Shown: positions 36,352 through 46,432, counted from the stretch's first letter. The stretch: DNA of 64,000 nt from Candidatus Methylarchaceae archaeon HK02M2 (GCA_024256165.1 JAKLZG010000091.1:8045-72044), one strand, 5' to 3'. Numbers and translations: made by a program. The notes: generated by a model from the letters alone, not told the origin.

Positions 36352-37038
36352 TCAAGAAGTTGTTATTCCGTTATCAATAACACTTTTTATCCCATTACAA
36401 AACTTAATTATGTATTCTGTGGCAATATCCGCTGCATTGACAAGATCTTCCTTACTTATGCCAGGTACACCGCATACCATCAGCAAAACGTTTTTAGTTT
36501 TTTCAGTTATTTTAGTCTCACCAGCATCTCTATAAGGATAAATTGCCACTAGATTTAATTGATCAGATACTACTATTTCGCCTCCTTGTAATTCTTTTGG
36601 TTCAACCATACCTATACCTAAAAATCTCTCTCCTTTTCTCGCAAACCTCATTCTTAGATTACCTTGGAGTTGGTCTCTATCAAATGCTGCTAAAGCAATC
36701 TCACTCTTGATGGATGCAAGATTGTAAGAGTCTACTGCAGTATTTATATTAGGAACTGATTTACCTCCAAGAATTCTTCTTATTAATGCTTCGGCTGCCG
36801 GTCTTATTTTAGTTGGATCTATGCCAACCTTCCAGAAGAATTTACGGTAAGCCTTAAAAACGGGAACATCCTTCAGACTTTTGATATCATATTTATCTTT
36901 GACTTCTTTAATTATCAACTCTTTAAAATCTTCCAAATCAGAACTTCTTTTTTCAACCTTTACGCCTCTTATATGAATGATTGAGGCTCGCAATTCAGTA
37001 AAAAGGTCTAGTAATTCTTGATCTATCTTTAATTCCAT
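36352..37038 (-). CDS. stand-alone B3/B4 domain protein (PheRS beta-subunit B3_4-like)
   Basis: ...FKAYRKFFWKVGIDPTKIRPAAEALIRRILGGKSVPNINTAVDSYNLASIKSEIALAAFD is typical of solo B3/4 proteins. Confidence 0.7.
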   Translation of the reverse strand: MELKIDQELLDLFTELRASIIHIRGVKVEKRSSDLEDFKELIIKEVKDKYDIKSLKDVPVFKAYRKFFWKVGIDPTKIRPAAEALIRRILGGKSVPNINTAVDSYNLASIKSEIALAAFDRDQLQGNLRMRFARKGERFLGIGMVEPKELQGGEIVVSDQLNLVAIYPYRDAGETKITEKTKNVLLMVCGVPGISKEDLVNAADIATEYIIKFCNGIKSVIDNGITTS

Positions 37039-37088
37039 AAGAGCTCTAAAAAATAACTTGGATAATAATGTTTGAACTTTTTTCTTAA

Positions 37089-37505
37089 TTAGGAAAGAAT
37101 AACAAAACCATGGCTACCATTTACTATTAAATCGTCTCCTTCTTTAATAAGAGATAACCCATCAACCATATCTACAAGAGGTATTTTAGCTAAGGCGCAA
37201 CCAGAGACAGTAATCATATCAGACCTGCGATTAATAATTGCAGAAGGAGCTTTATCGTTCTTTTTTAATTTGTATATCACGTAAGCTCCAACACTACTCC
37301 CAATACTATGCGGGAATATGAGGACTTTTTTATAAATACTCATACCGTACAGTTCGTTAGATCTATCAATAATCCTTCCATCTCCAGGATTTACACCTCC
37401 TAAAAACGATATTGGAGAGGGTGAGATTAATGCCTCACCCCACCCTATACTGTTAACAAGCCCTCTAGCTCTAAAAACTCCTCTCAAATCATTTACAACC
37501 CTCAA
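37089..37505 (-). CDS. aconitase X swivel-domain protein (DUF126), putative phosphomevalonate dehydratase small subunit
   Basis: ISFLGGVNPGDGRIID...LYGMSIYKKVLIFPHSIGSSVGAYVIYKLKKNDKAPSAII matches the DUF126 pattern. It overlaps the DUF521 gene by 17 nt. Confidence 0.75.
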   Translation of the reverse strand: MRVVNDLRGVFRARGLVNSIGWGEALISPSPISFLGGVNPGDGRIIDRSNELYGMSIYKKVLIFPHSIGSSVGAYVIYKLKKNDKAPSAIINRRSDMITVSGCALAKIPLVDMVDGLSLIKEGDDLIVNGSHGFVILS

Positions 37506-38676
37506 TTAATAAGTCATGAGTGTCTTTAAGAGAGATTTTTACATTCTGGGCCCTTTTTAAGTAATGTGCTGCTTTACATGAGTTTGTAGCGATAATATCA
37601 ACTTCAAGATGAGAAATTATAGGCGTAAATACAGCACAAGTATTACAAATGAATTTTGCCCCTGCACCTTCAATCTTTTTAGTATAACCTTTTCGCTTCG
37701 CTTCCTCGTAAGCCCTTCTTGAACAGAATATGAGGCATCTTTTATTAAATTTCTTACCTTCGACGATATCGGAGATTTCATGTATCTCTTGTATATTCAA
37801 ATGGGGGCAACCAAGAATAATTGCATCCTCCTCTTCTGTACCATCATTAAGTTCATCATAGGTTTTTATGAGATCACTTTTATCAAACCTTATACTTTCG
37901 CCATCAACTTTCTCATTTATTAAAAACATACCAGAAGCACCAGATGCTCCAATAGAAGAGCAAAGTGCTTTAGCCTCTGACGAGATTGGACTTTTAATAC
38001 CTTGGAAAGCTATTGGTTCCCTTGCCATCTTTCCAGCAAAATATCCTAGAAGCCCGAATTTCATTGAGCCAGAAAATTCATCGATATTTACATGAATGGA
38101 GAGTGATGGTTTTCTATATTCATCAATATGTAACTCCGAGCAAGGAGTTTTACCTGTTATCGCACTTGCAAGAGCACTCAATGCACTCTCACGATTCGTC
38201 CTTAAATCTAAAATAGAATTCGCATATATAGAAGCAGAGCTCTCAGCCCAACTCACATGACTACCTTTTACTTGTGAATGGAACCCTTCGTAAGGTGTAC
38301 ATGTAAAAGAATCAGTCACACCCAACTTCCTGTACGATTGTATTATCTTCATCTGTTCAGATAGATATTTTTCATCAATGATAAAATCAGATGTATCTGT
38401 TGGATCTATTCCTAAAGGGTTCACAGTCGTAGGAATGGAAACTTTAGCGTTAAGGCTATAACTCTCAAGGAACTCTCTACCATGCTCTCCAATGGTTGAA
38501 TATGAAACTCCAGAAATATGAGCGGATGAAATTTCGATCAGATGACTTGCATCTGTTAGACGACCAACAGATAACAGTATCCTATAAGCGATCTCAAGGG
38601 CTTCACCATACTCTCCTTCAAGAGCTCTTTCTTCATAATTTGTTAGGTACAGATCTCTCACCATAGATCTTGACAA
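37489..38676 (-). CDS. aconitase X catalytic-domain protein (DUF521), putative phosphomevalonate dehydratase large subunit
   Basis: LTNYEERALEGEYGEALEIAYRILLSVGRLTDASHLIEISSAHISG at the N-terminus and ~395 aa length are typical of DUF521. Confidence 0.75.
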   Translation of the reverse strand: MSRSMVRDLYLTNYEERALEGEYGEALEIAYRILLSVGRLTDASHLIEISSAHISGVSYSTIGEHGREFLESYSLNAKVSIPTTVNPLGIDPTDTSDFIIDEKYLSEQMKIIQSYRKLGVTDSFTCTPYEGFHSQVKGSHVSWAESSASIYANSILDLRTNRESALSALASAITGKTPCSELHIDEYRKPSLSIHVNIDEFSGSMKFGLLGYFAGKMAREPIAFQGIKSPISSEAKALCSSIGASGASGMFLINEKVDGESIRFDKSDLIKTYDELNDGTEEEDAIILGCPHLNIQEIHEISDIVEGKKFNKRCLIFCSRRAYEEAKRKGYTKKIEGAGAKFICNTCAVFTPIISHLEVDIIATNSCKAAHYLKRAQNVKISLKDTHDLLIEGCK

Positions 38677-38742
38677 TTGTCCACTATAATCGATAGTTCA
38701 TAAATTTAAAGACCCAATAATATATATGATTGGTGGTAACTC

Positions 38743-40092
38743 TTGGTAAAAAACCATTCATTGGACTTAAGAAGTTTTTTGAGTATATTAGAGAAAAAAG
38801 GACAGATGCTCAGGATAAAGAAAGAGGTCTCTTATTTACATGAAGCAGCGGTGATAATGAAGAAGCTTGATAGAGGTCCTGCACCTTTCTTTGAGAAGAT
38901 ATGTTATTCAGACTATCCTCTTGTCAGTGGTGTTTGTAACACAAAAGAGAAAATCTGCCTAGCCATCAATACATCTTTGAATAATCTCCATGATAAGATT
39001 TCTTCATCTATTAACGATCCTATAAATCCAAAAATTGTAAAAAATGGACCATTTAAGGAATATTCAGAGAAACCCAATGTAAGTAAATTTCCCATACTTA
39101 AGCATTATGAGAAGGATGCTGGAAGGTACATAACAGCTGGTGTAGTCTTTGTAAAGAACGCAGAAACAAATACTCAAAATGCATCTATACACCGTTTGCT
39201 ACTCCTAGATGATGATCATTTAGCAGTACGTGTAGTGGAAGGTAGGCATCTTCACAGATGCTTGCAACTTTCCAAGCAGATAGGTAAGCCCCTCGAAGTA
39301 GCAATAGCAATTGGCGTCCATCCAGCAGTTTCTCTGGCTGCTGCTTGCCAAGTACCCTATGGTATGGATGAGATAAAAATTGCGAATTCCATTTTAAATG
39401 GTGCCTTGAAAGTTTCAAAGTGTGAAAATGTGGATTTAAGTGTTCCAGCAAACTCCGAGATAGTACTAGAAGGTAGGTTCATGATAGATAGAGAAGAGGA
39501 GGAATTCATGGCAGATATGCTAAACGTATACGATCACCCAAGGATGCAACCAGTGATCGAAGTCACCAATATTCTTCATAGAAAAGACCCGATATATCAA
39601 GCAATACTCCCAGCAGGGAGCGAGCACCGTCTACTCATGTCTCTGCCTGTAGAGATGAAACTATTCAAAGGAGTTAAAAATACTGTACCAACAACTAAAG
39701 CTGTTAACTTAACGGATGGTGGATGTAATTGGCTACATGCTGTCATTCAAATCAAAAAGACTCACGAAGGAGAGCCGAAGAATGCGATAATCTCGGCCTT
39801 CTCTAACCATCCATCATTGAAATTGGCTATAGTTGTAGATGATGATATAGATCCAGAAGATATTCAAAGCGTAGAGTTCGCTTTAGCCACACGCTTCCAA
39901 GGCGAAAAAGATCTTGTAATTATAGAGAATGTCAAAGGTTCAAGCTTAGATCCTTCTAGCGATCAGGATAATCTTCTTACAACTAAAATCGGTATAGACG
40001 CAACAATAAGTTTTACTAAACAAAGGGAAAAATTCGAGATAGCTAAGATACCTGGCGAAGATTCGATAAATTTTAAGGATTATCTTGATTGA
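38743..40092 (+). CDS. UbiD-family decarboxylase, putative anhydromevalonate phosphate decarboxylase
   Basis: LRSFLSILEKKGQMLRIKKEVS... and the general UbiD layout (449 aa). Divergent from the DUF521/DUF126 pair. Confidence 0.75.
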   Translation: MVKNHSLDLRSFLSILEKKGQMLRIKKEVSYLHEAAVIMKKLDRGPAPFFEKICYSDYPLVSGVCNTKEKICLAINTSLNNLHDKISSSINDPINPKIVKNGPFKEYSEKPNVSKFPILKHYEKDAGRYITAGVVFVKNAETNTQNASIHRLLLLDDDHLAVRVVEGRHLHRCLQLSKQIGKPLEVAIAIGVHPAVSLAAACQVPYGMDEIKIANSILNGALKVSKCENVDLSVPANSEIVLEGRFMIDREEEEFMADMLNVYDHPRMQPVIEVTNILHRKDPIYQAILPAGSEHRLLMSLPVEMKLFKGVKNTVPTTKAVNLTDGGCNWLHAVIQIKKTHEGEPKNAIISAFSNHPSLKLAIVVDDDIDPEDIQSVEFALATRFQGEKDLVIIENVKGSSLDPSSDQDNLLTTKIGIDATISFTKQREKFEIAKIPGEDSINFKDYLD

Positions 40093-40429
40093 TAGGTCGT
40101 TCAAATTTAAGAATATCTTTAATTTCATTTAATAACTTCTTAAAAATCTGTGTATCTATTGGGGCTTTGATATATAATGATACTACTGAAATCCCATTGA
40201 CGATCATAGATGTGACTTCAGCAAATAATCTTGTGTAGATGTCGCCAAATTTGCTCGGAATAATTGAAATAGAATTCGCTCTATCTCCAACCTTCACCGA
40301 AAACGCCATCGAGCCTAACTTTGTCTCTTCTCCTTCAGAAATGATCAAGAAACAACCATTACTCGCTCTTAGTACTTGAAAAGAGAATTTCTTCTCATTC
40401 ACTATTACTTTTTTATTTAAAGAACTCAA
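40073..40429 (-). CDS. small conserved-looking protein, possible PAC4-like proteasome assembly chaperone (speculative)
   Basis: 118-aa ORF, the last gene of the psmA-exosome-pcc1 string (11-nt gap after pcc1). The FSFQVLRASNGCFLII...LGSMAFSV...VVSLYI...LLNEIKDIL pattern parallels my recollection of human PSMG4. The CDS call is fairly safe; the function is not. Confidence 0.55.
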   Translation of the reverse strand: MSSLNKKVIVNEKKFSFQVLRASNGCFLIISEGEETKLGSMAFSVKVGDRANSISIIPSKFGDIYTRLFAEVTSMIVNGISVVSLYIKAPIDTQIFKKLLNEIKDILKFERPINQDNP

Positions 40430-40440
40430 ATCTTATCAGA

Positions 40441-40728
40441 TTAATTTTTCTTAACCCCTTCGAACAATTTTACAATCATGCCGATTAATCTTAAATAAGA
40501 ATTTATTCCAGCTCTTAACTGGGAAATATCTCCTCCTTTTATATTCAGAATCAGTCTACCTTCATTGTGTACGATCTCAACCTTGAGGCGCGATTTTGAT
40601 AATAAGTCTGGCTCAAATGCAAGGTGGGTAATTTGTGCCAAATCTTTGTCTAATTTAGCCTCTATTCTGGCTTCTAATCCTTTGATAATATACCCTTTCT
40701 TAGGAGATTTTGATCGGAGTAACGTCAT
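40441..40728 (-). CDS. pcc1: KEOPS complex subunit Pcc1
   Basis: ...LKVEIVHNEGRLILNIKGGDISQLRAGINSYLRLIGMIV matches the Pcc1 C-terminal LRa..Ns.lRl pattern. The start is ATG 40728 or GTG 40755; both overlap the rpl37ae 3' end. Confidence 0.65.
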   Translation of the reverse strand: MTLLRSKSPKKGYIIKGLEARIEAKLDKDLAQITHLAFEPDLLSKSRLKVEIVHNEGRLILNIKGGDISQLRAGINSYLRLIGMIVKLFEGVKKN

Positions 40729-40927
40729 AAGCTCTTCCAGCCATGGTAAATCCACACGACCTGCATTGCCATATGCCCAAGCTTTTTCTTTTTAATTTCC
40801 ATGCACCACAACTAGGACACATCCTTTTCAGCTTTAGAGTGGTGTATATCCTCCCATACTTTTTTCTTAATGATGATCCATACTTTGTACCGAGTCCTTT
40901 TAACCCTTTTCTTTTACCTTTTCGCAT
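40700..40927 (-). CDS. rpl37ae: 50S ribosomal protein L37Ae (eL43)
   Basis: GTKYGSSLRKKY...CPSCG...WQCRSCGFTMAGRAY zinc ribbon. Confidence 0.9.
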   Translation of the reverse strand: MRKGKRKGLKGLGTKYGSSLRKKYGRIYTTLKLKRMCPSCGAWKLKRKSLGIWQCRSCGFTMAGRAYDVTPIKIS

Positions 40928-41747
40928 CTTTAATACTTTCCTTTATGATCTTTCTGATTTCCTTTGCCTTAGTTTTAGCAATGTTGACCGCCAATTTGAC
41001 TTGATCAAAGTCAAGGGTTCCAGGCAAACCTTTCTGCCCTGCACGGATATTACCTTCATCATCGAATGTAAAGGTTATTCTAGTATCCATAACAGCTTCC
41101 TCTTCAGATGTTGGGTCTATAATAAATTCATCACCAATTTTCGCAAGAGTTATAGAAACAGGAATACAGTTTATATGTAAATGGGTTGACTCCTCTTCTT
41201 GTGTTATCAGTTCATTCTGATCGATAGAAAATTTTGGCATAGTAGATGTAGCGAGTGCGGCAACAGTAGCATATGAAACAGCATCGAATAAATTACCATC
41301 AGTATCTAGAATGTCCACATCGATGAAGACAGCATATACTTTCTTTCCTTGGATCAATACAAGCTTTGAAAGATCAATCATTTGGGACTCTCTAATTCCT
41401 CGATCTACAACCCTGGCTAATTCTATCGCATCCTCATCAGGGGGACCTGGCTCGGCATAAGCCGAAGAAAGAGGTAAGACTTCTGCATTTACAACTAAAA
41501 GTCCCTTTTCTGGTGTATCAGGAAACGGTTCACCTATGTCTATCTTAACACCTGCTATCACTTGTGTATTGCCGATCTGAACTCGAGCTGAACCATTAGC
41601 CTTTTCTATAATGCCAGTTTCTATCTTAATAGGACGAAAATCAAGTAAGTCTCTACCATCTAATCTTTTCTCTTTTGATAAGAACTCCACTATTTGCGCC
41701 TTTCTTAGTCTCTCAACTACCATTGATTTTTTTACTGCAGACATCAT
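40914..41747 (-). CDS. rrp42: exosome complex RNA-binding subunit Rrp42
   Basis: RNase PH-like fold: [41 protein letters not shown]. Position immediately after rrp41. Confidence 0.85.
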   Translation of the reverse strand: MMSAVKKSMVVERLRKAQIVEFLSKEKRLDGRDLLDFRPIKIETGIIEKANGSARVQIGNTQVIAGVKIDIGEPFPDTPEKGLLVVNAEVLPLSSAYAEPGPPDEDAIELARVVDRGIRESQMIDLSKLVLIQGKKVYAVFIDVDILDTDGNLFDAVSYATVAALATSTMPKFSIDQNELITQEEESTHLHINCIPVSITLAKIGDEFIIDPTSEEEAVMDTRITFTFDDEGNIRAGQKGLPGTLDFDQVKLAVNIAKTKAKEIRKIIKESIKDAKR

Positions 41748-42469
41748 TCCTCACCGGATTCATCCTCGCCAAAGTATTTATTGATCAACGCTTCACGTTG
41801 AACTTCATAAATATGCCTACAGGCATTAAGAGCCATTTTAAATCCCTTCTCGAACTCCTCTGGAGTTAAGATACCATCTAGTTGGAGAAGAGTTGTTTGA
41901 TTAAGGTTTGGCATAATAGCAATAGGCATATCAGCTTCTCCCTCTTTATCTTCTCTATCATCTAGATCCAAAACAACTTGTCCAGATATCTTACCAACTG
42001 CACAAGCAACAACCATATCACGCATGGATATACCAGCATCAGCAAGAGCAACTGCAGAAGCTGTGATCCCAGCGCATCTAGAACCACCATCTGCTTGTAA
42101 TACTTCTAGATAAACATCTATGCCCGTCCTTGGGTATTCTTCCAATATAAGGGCAGGTTCTAAGGCTTCCCTTATGACCTTAGATATCTCAATTTCACGC
42201 CTTGAAGGTTGTGGATGTTTACGAGTATCTGTTGAGAAGGGAGCCATATGGTAACGACATCTTAAAAAAGATCTATCGGGTAAAGAAAGATGTTTAGGAT
42301 GAACACTTTTTGGACCGTATACTGCAACCACGATCTTATTCTTCCCAAACTCTATATATGAAGAACCATCAGCATTCTTAAGTATACCTACTTCGATTTT
42401 TAATGGTCTTAGCTCATCTAGCTTTCTACCATCTATCCTATGACCTTTTTCATCTATTAGACTTATCAA
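41744..42469 (-). CDS. rrp41: exosome complex exonuclease Rrp41
   Basis: [43 protein letters not shown] ... [10 protein letters not shown]. Confidence 0.9.
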   Translation of the reverse strand: MISLIDEKGHRIDGRKLDELRPLKIEVGILKNADGSSYIEFGKNKIVVAVYGPKSVHPKHLSLPDRSFLRCRYHMAPFSTDTRKHPQPSRREIEISKVIREALEPALILEEYPRTGIDVYLEVLQADGGSRCAGITASAVALADAGISMRDMVVACAVGKISGQVVLDLDDREDKEGEADMPIAIMPNLNQTTLLQLDGILTPEEFEKGFKMALNACRHIYEVQREALINKYFGEDESGEE

Positions 42470-43149
42470 TCTTTAACCCCCTTCGATTCTGACAAAAAAT
42501 TTTGAATATTTTTTGTCAGACTTGCCATATGGGCTTTTGACTCAACCATCTTGATGGCTTGAGTTGCGAGTAGAATACCATCAGGTGGACCGGTTATTAA
42601 AATGATCCCATTCTGACCTATAATTAGTTTACAATTGGTAGCAGACTCAACTGTCTTTATCATAAACCCTTTTTTACCTATTAACCTAGGTATCTTGGCA
42701 GAATTTATCTTAATGATCTCTCCCTTTGGAATATGTCCTAGATTCGGCCCCGAGATACTTAAAAGGGGATCCCTCGTTCGATCATAAGCAAGAACTTTTG
42801 CATAGATCAAACTTCCAATAGGAAATTTCTTTAAAAGGGATTCGCGATCGGGTGAGAAATCTCTGCCGAATACGTTCTGAGCAAGAAGATACGCGAAGAA
42901 GCATGAGTTGATGTCGACCTCCCATGAGAATGCCGAATGATCAACTATCTTGCCTATGACAAGATCATTAACTCTAGGAATATAAGGTCCACTTAAAGGA
43001 ATTACACGGATTCCTCCTTGGCTCATCTCAGCTAAACCAATCTTTGTTGAATAGTATTTATCGCCTACCCTGATTACATTATTAATTGTTTTATAATCCC
43101 CCTCGGCGATAAACTCACCAGGAGTCACGTACCTCCTTTTAAAAGCCAT
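42466..43149 (-). CDS. rrp4: exosome complex RNA-binding subunit Rrp4 (S1 + KH)
   Basis: [10 protein letters not shown]...[15 protein letters not shown] (S1) and [29 protein letters not shown] (KH). Confidence 0.9.
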   Translation of the reverse strand: MAFKRRYVTPGEFIAEGDYKTINNVIRVGDKYYSTKIGLAEMSQGGIRVIPLSGPYIPRVNDLVIGKIVDHSAFSWEVDINSCFFAYLLAQNVFGRDFSPDRESLLKKFPIGSLIYAKVLAYDRTRDPLLSISGPNLGHIPKGEIIKINSAKIPRLIGKKGFMIKTVESATNCKLIIGQNGIILITGPPDGILLATQAIKMVESKAHMASLTKNIQNFLSESKGVKD

Positions 43150-43156
43150 TCTTGTC

Positions 43157-43846
43157 TCACTTTATGATCTTTACTTGTGTAGTTCCTTTAGTAACCGAAC
43201 CCAATTTATCAATCAATGAGGAATGAACTCCTGCTGGAATCTCTACGATTGTTGTTAGTGAGCCATCAGCTAACCATTCTTCTTTTTGAATTTCTCCGTA
43301 GCTCTTCAAAACACCAATAGTTTTAGGAGCAAAAAGAGGCTCGATTTTTAGCATAAGCTTCATTTTTTCTGATTTTAATGGCAAAACTATTCTCATTTTC
43401 TCAATGATATTCTTTACTTGCTCTTTGGCATCCTTAAAAGGATCGATTGAAATTTGTACCTCTGACAATGCCTGCTCAACTCTAACTCTAGGATGAGGTA
43501 AACTTGTTCTAGGATCGATAAAATTTTTACAGATAATAGAAATTATCTGCTTTCGTTTCTCTTCGATCAATGAACGTCTTTGTTCAGTTATTAACTGAAG
43601 CTCACCTTTCTTTAGAATAATTTCAGCCACTTTTGTTACAGATGTAGTATTGAAAATTTTCTCTAGCTTATCATCTGAAATGCGTAACCCTTTTGAAGCT
43701 TCAGAAAAAATTCCTTCAACAGCAATAATCTTTGTAAGATCGACTGGACGACCTAGTTTGTAATCCAAAGCTTTTTCTGGGTGGACTAATATCTCAAATC
43801 GTTCGCCACTAATCACTAACCTAACTGTGGTGAACTTACTACTCAA
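43157..43846 (-). CDS. sdo1: ribosome maturation protein Sdo1 (SBDS family)
   Basis: VRLVISGERFEILVHPEKALDYKLG and the conserved superoperon position. Confidence 0.85.
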   Translation of the reverse strand: MSSKFTTVRLVISGERFEILVHPEKALDYKLGRPVDLTKIIAVEGIFSEASKGLRISDDKLEKIFNTTSVTKVAEIILKKGELQLITEQRRSLIEEKRKQIISIICKNFIDPRTSLPHPRVRVEQALSEVQISIDPFKDAKEQVKNIIEKMRIVLPLKSEKMKLMLKIEPLFAPKTIGVLKSYGEIQKEEWLADGSLTTIVEIPAGVHSSLIDKLGSVTKGTTQVKIIK

Positions 43847-43865
43847 ATAAACACCTGATTTTGCT

Positions 43866-44615
43866 TTATTCAGACTTACCTGTAGTTGGTAAATTCTCGC
43901 TTGCTTTTTCTGCGTACTTGGCTATCTCTTCTTCCTTAGGATAGCTCATCTTCCTTGTCTTTGTATCTATCAGAGCCATCTTTATGTGTTTAATTCCTAC
44001 TTTTTCCTCACTCACGAGATATATGCACTCTGCAGCTAAGACACAAGCACTCTCTAGACTCATATCGGGATTGTATTTTTTCTCCAGATATTCAGTTACT
44101 TGCTCATATCCTGCCCCTATAGCAACCCCATCATAACCCAAGTAAGTCCCACTAGGGTCTGTCGAAAAAAGTTCTGGTCCATTTTTACCAATACCAGCTA
44201 TAATCAAAGACACGCCGAAAGGCCTGACACCTGCATATTGGGTGTACTGTTGGTTCAAATCACCTATACGCTTAGCAATAGCTTCTACTTCAACAGGCTC
44301 ATCATATGTTAACTTACTTGACTGGGCAAAGATACGTGCATAATCTACTTGAACACGTGCGTCTGGTACGTATCCAGCAGCTGCAATTCCTATATGCTCA
44401 TCTATCTGAGAGATCTTCTGGCTAATATTTTGATTCTGTAACTTTCTTGCTCGCTCTTCAACAGCCAAGACTACGCCTTCTTTCACCTTTAGACCTAAAG
44501 CTAAAGTACCTCTTCTGACCGTTTCTATTGCATACTCAACTTGATATAGCCTTCCATCTGGCGAAAATATGGTAATCGCTCTATCGTATCCCGAACTAGG
44601 TGCAAACATAGCCAT
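43866..44615 (-). CDS. psmA: proteasome subunit alpha
   Basis: YDRAITIFSPDGRLYQVEYA signature. Confidence 0.95.
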   Translation of the reverse strand: MAMFAPSSGYDRAITIFSPDGRLYQVEYAIETVRRGTLALGLKVKEGVVLAVEERARKLQNQNISQKISQIDEHIGIAAAGYVPDARVQVDYARIFAQSSKLTYDEPVEVEAIAKRIGDLNQQYTQYAGVRPFGVSLIIAGIGKNGPELFSTDPSGTYLGYDGVAIGAGYEQVTEYLEKKYNPDMSLESACVLAAECIYLVSEEKVGIKHIKMALIDTKTRKMSYPKEEEIAKYAEKASENLPTTGKSE

Positions 44616-44748
44616 TCACTTTAATTTAACAAGTCTTATATAAAGGGTTTAAAATCCTTTTTTATTATAAGATTAATTATATTTATTATTTATGGTATCT
44701 ATGTAGTTATGTTTAAAGTCATCCTATTGGGATATCTATGCGGTGAAG

Positions 44749-44946
44749 ATGCCAAGGCAGATTTTTAACGCTGATGAGTTTAAAAAGCTGTTAGAGAAAG
44801 CAAAAGAATGCCGTGTTGTAAAGAAAGAGGATACGGTAAAACTAAAGCTTAGAACACCTAAAATGCTTTATGTTCTTTTTACTTCGAAGGAGGAAGCGGA
44901 TAAACTTCTAAAAGACGTAAAGATCGAAGTGAAAGAGATAGAATAG
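44749..44946 (+). CDS. rpl38e: 50S ribosomal protein L38e (eL38)
   Basis: MPRQIFNADEFKKLLEKAKECRVVKKEDTVKLKLRTPKMLYVLFTSKEEADKLLKDV follows the eL38 pattern (MP.qI.d...F...... vK.K.R....LYtL.v.d...a.KL). ATG at 44749 lies inside the GTG-started track ORF. Confidence 0.75.
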   Translation: MPRQIFNADEFKKLLEKAKECRVVKKEDTVKLKLRTPKMLYVLFTSKEEADKLLKDVKIEVKEIE

Positions 44947-45011
44947 AGCTATTGTATAGATAAAATCTGTAATGGAAAGACGAGAACCATATTTCTAAGT
45001 TGAGAAGGATT

Positions 45012-46268
45012 TTATATTGTATAGGTATCCCCAGTTTTAGGTGCCACAGCATCTAATCCTAACTCGGTTTTTAACTCTTCAGCAAACTGAATGCAATTCT
45101 TCTCCTCACCATGCACTGTGTACACTTTAGGGTCTCCCGTAATCCCTTTGAACATATCAAAGAGCTCCTTTCTACCGCTGTGAGAAGAGAAGTCGAAATG
45201 TCGTACTTCAGCTTTTACCTTTTTTGGCTTCCCATTTATGATCGCTATTTTCTTCTCCAATAAAGTCCTTCCTGGCGTCCCAGGCATCTGATATGAGACT
45301 AAGGCTATAGCATTTTTCGATCTTTTTGAAATTTCGGTCTTATAAAAAACAGCAGCACCCCCAACCAACATACCTGCTGGCGATATTATGACTGATGGCG
45401 TCTTAACGATGCGTCTTCTATGATTCCAACCTCTTATGAGCTCGATACTCTCAATACTTTTTCTGAAGAGTTCTGAGTCATACAGATATTCTGGATATCT
45501 AGATAGGATCCCATTAGTTTTCAAAGCCATACCATCCATAGCTACTGAATAAGGGAAGTTGTATTTTTTAAACACACACGCCATCTCCTGAGCTCTACCC
45601 ACAGAGAAGGCTGGGACAAAGAAAGTACCTCCTCGCTCTATGACCTCCCTTGCAAAGGTTATAAACTCCTTCTCCACATTATTGCGTTGTAAATGATCTG
45701 TTGTTGCATATGTACTTTCAGTTATTACTGCATCTAGTTCCTCAAAGTTTGTATTAGCACCTTTAAGCAGTAATGAATTATTTGCATTGATATCTCCCGT
45801 ATAAAGGAGCCTTTTTCTTTTACTCGTCAAAATAATGGATGCTGCACCAGGGAGATGACCAGAATTCAAAAAAGTAGTAGTGAATCCTTTTATGTTTACT
45901 ATTTCATTTAGATTGAGCCTATAGGTCTGATTAATCATAGAAAGTAAGTCTATATACTCAAAAGGAAGATAGAATCCAGAAATCCTTAAAAAATCTTCTA
46001 TCAGGAGTTGAGATAGCTCTAATGTCAATCCTGTGGTATATAGCTTTGTACCCTCAGATATAAAGAAGAGAGGGATTCCACCACTATGATCGAGATGAGC
46101 ATGTGAAAGAAGAATTGAATCTACATTTCTTGGTTGAATATGCATTGGGAATGCTGGTGGTCTTGTTAGTTGAACTCCAAAATCTAACAGAACTCTCCCT
46201 TCTATATTCTCGATTAAAAAAGCAGATCTTCCTACTTCTCTTGCACCGCCTAAAACTGTTATTTTCAT
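45012..46268 (-). CDS. metallo-beta-lactamase / beta-CASP ribonuclease (aCPSF2-like, no KH domains)
   Basis: LLSHAHLDHSGGIPLF (HxHxDH). About 418 aa, with the ...HGE... motif near the C-terminus. Confidence 0.75.
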   Translation of the reverse strand: MKITVLGGAREVGRSAFLIENIEGRVLLDFGVQLTRPPAFPMHIQPRNVDSILLSHAHLDHSGGIPLFFISEGTKLYTTGLTLELSQLLIEDFLRISGFYLPFEYIDLLSMINQTYRLNLNEIVNIKGFTTTFLNSGHLPGAASIILTSKRKRLLYTGDINANNSLLLKGANTNFEELDAVITESTYATTDHLQRNNVEKEFITFAREVIERGGTFFVPAFSVGRAQEMACVFKKYNFPYSVAMDGMALKTNGILSRYPEYLYDSELFRKSIESIELIRGWNHRRRIVKTPSVIISPAGMLVGGAAVFYKTEISKRSKNAIALVSYQMPGTPGRTLLEKKIAIINGKPKKVKAEVRHFDFSSHSGRKELFDMFKGITGDPKVYTVHGEEKNCIQFAEELKTELGLDAVAPKTGDTYTI

Positions 46269-46432
46269 AGAAAGAACAGTTTTTGAATAAGAGTTACTTA
46301 AATATATGTGATTCTAGGCGATATACGTTTTGATATTTAATTGATGACAGTTTTCAAATGGGTAGTTACTTTGAAGATTCTAGAATATTATCCATCGCAA
46401 CTATAATTACGAATTTAACCAAGGTAATCTAA

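Noticed and set aside
40743-41180. 145-aa plus-strand ORF overlapping rpl37ae and rrp42.
   Set aside because: It is antisense to two strongly supported superoperon genes, and its composition is typical of a shadow frame.
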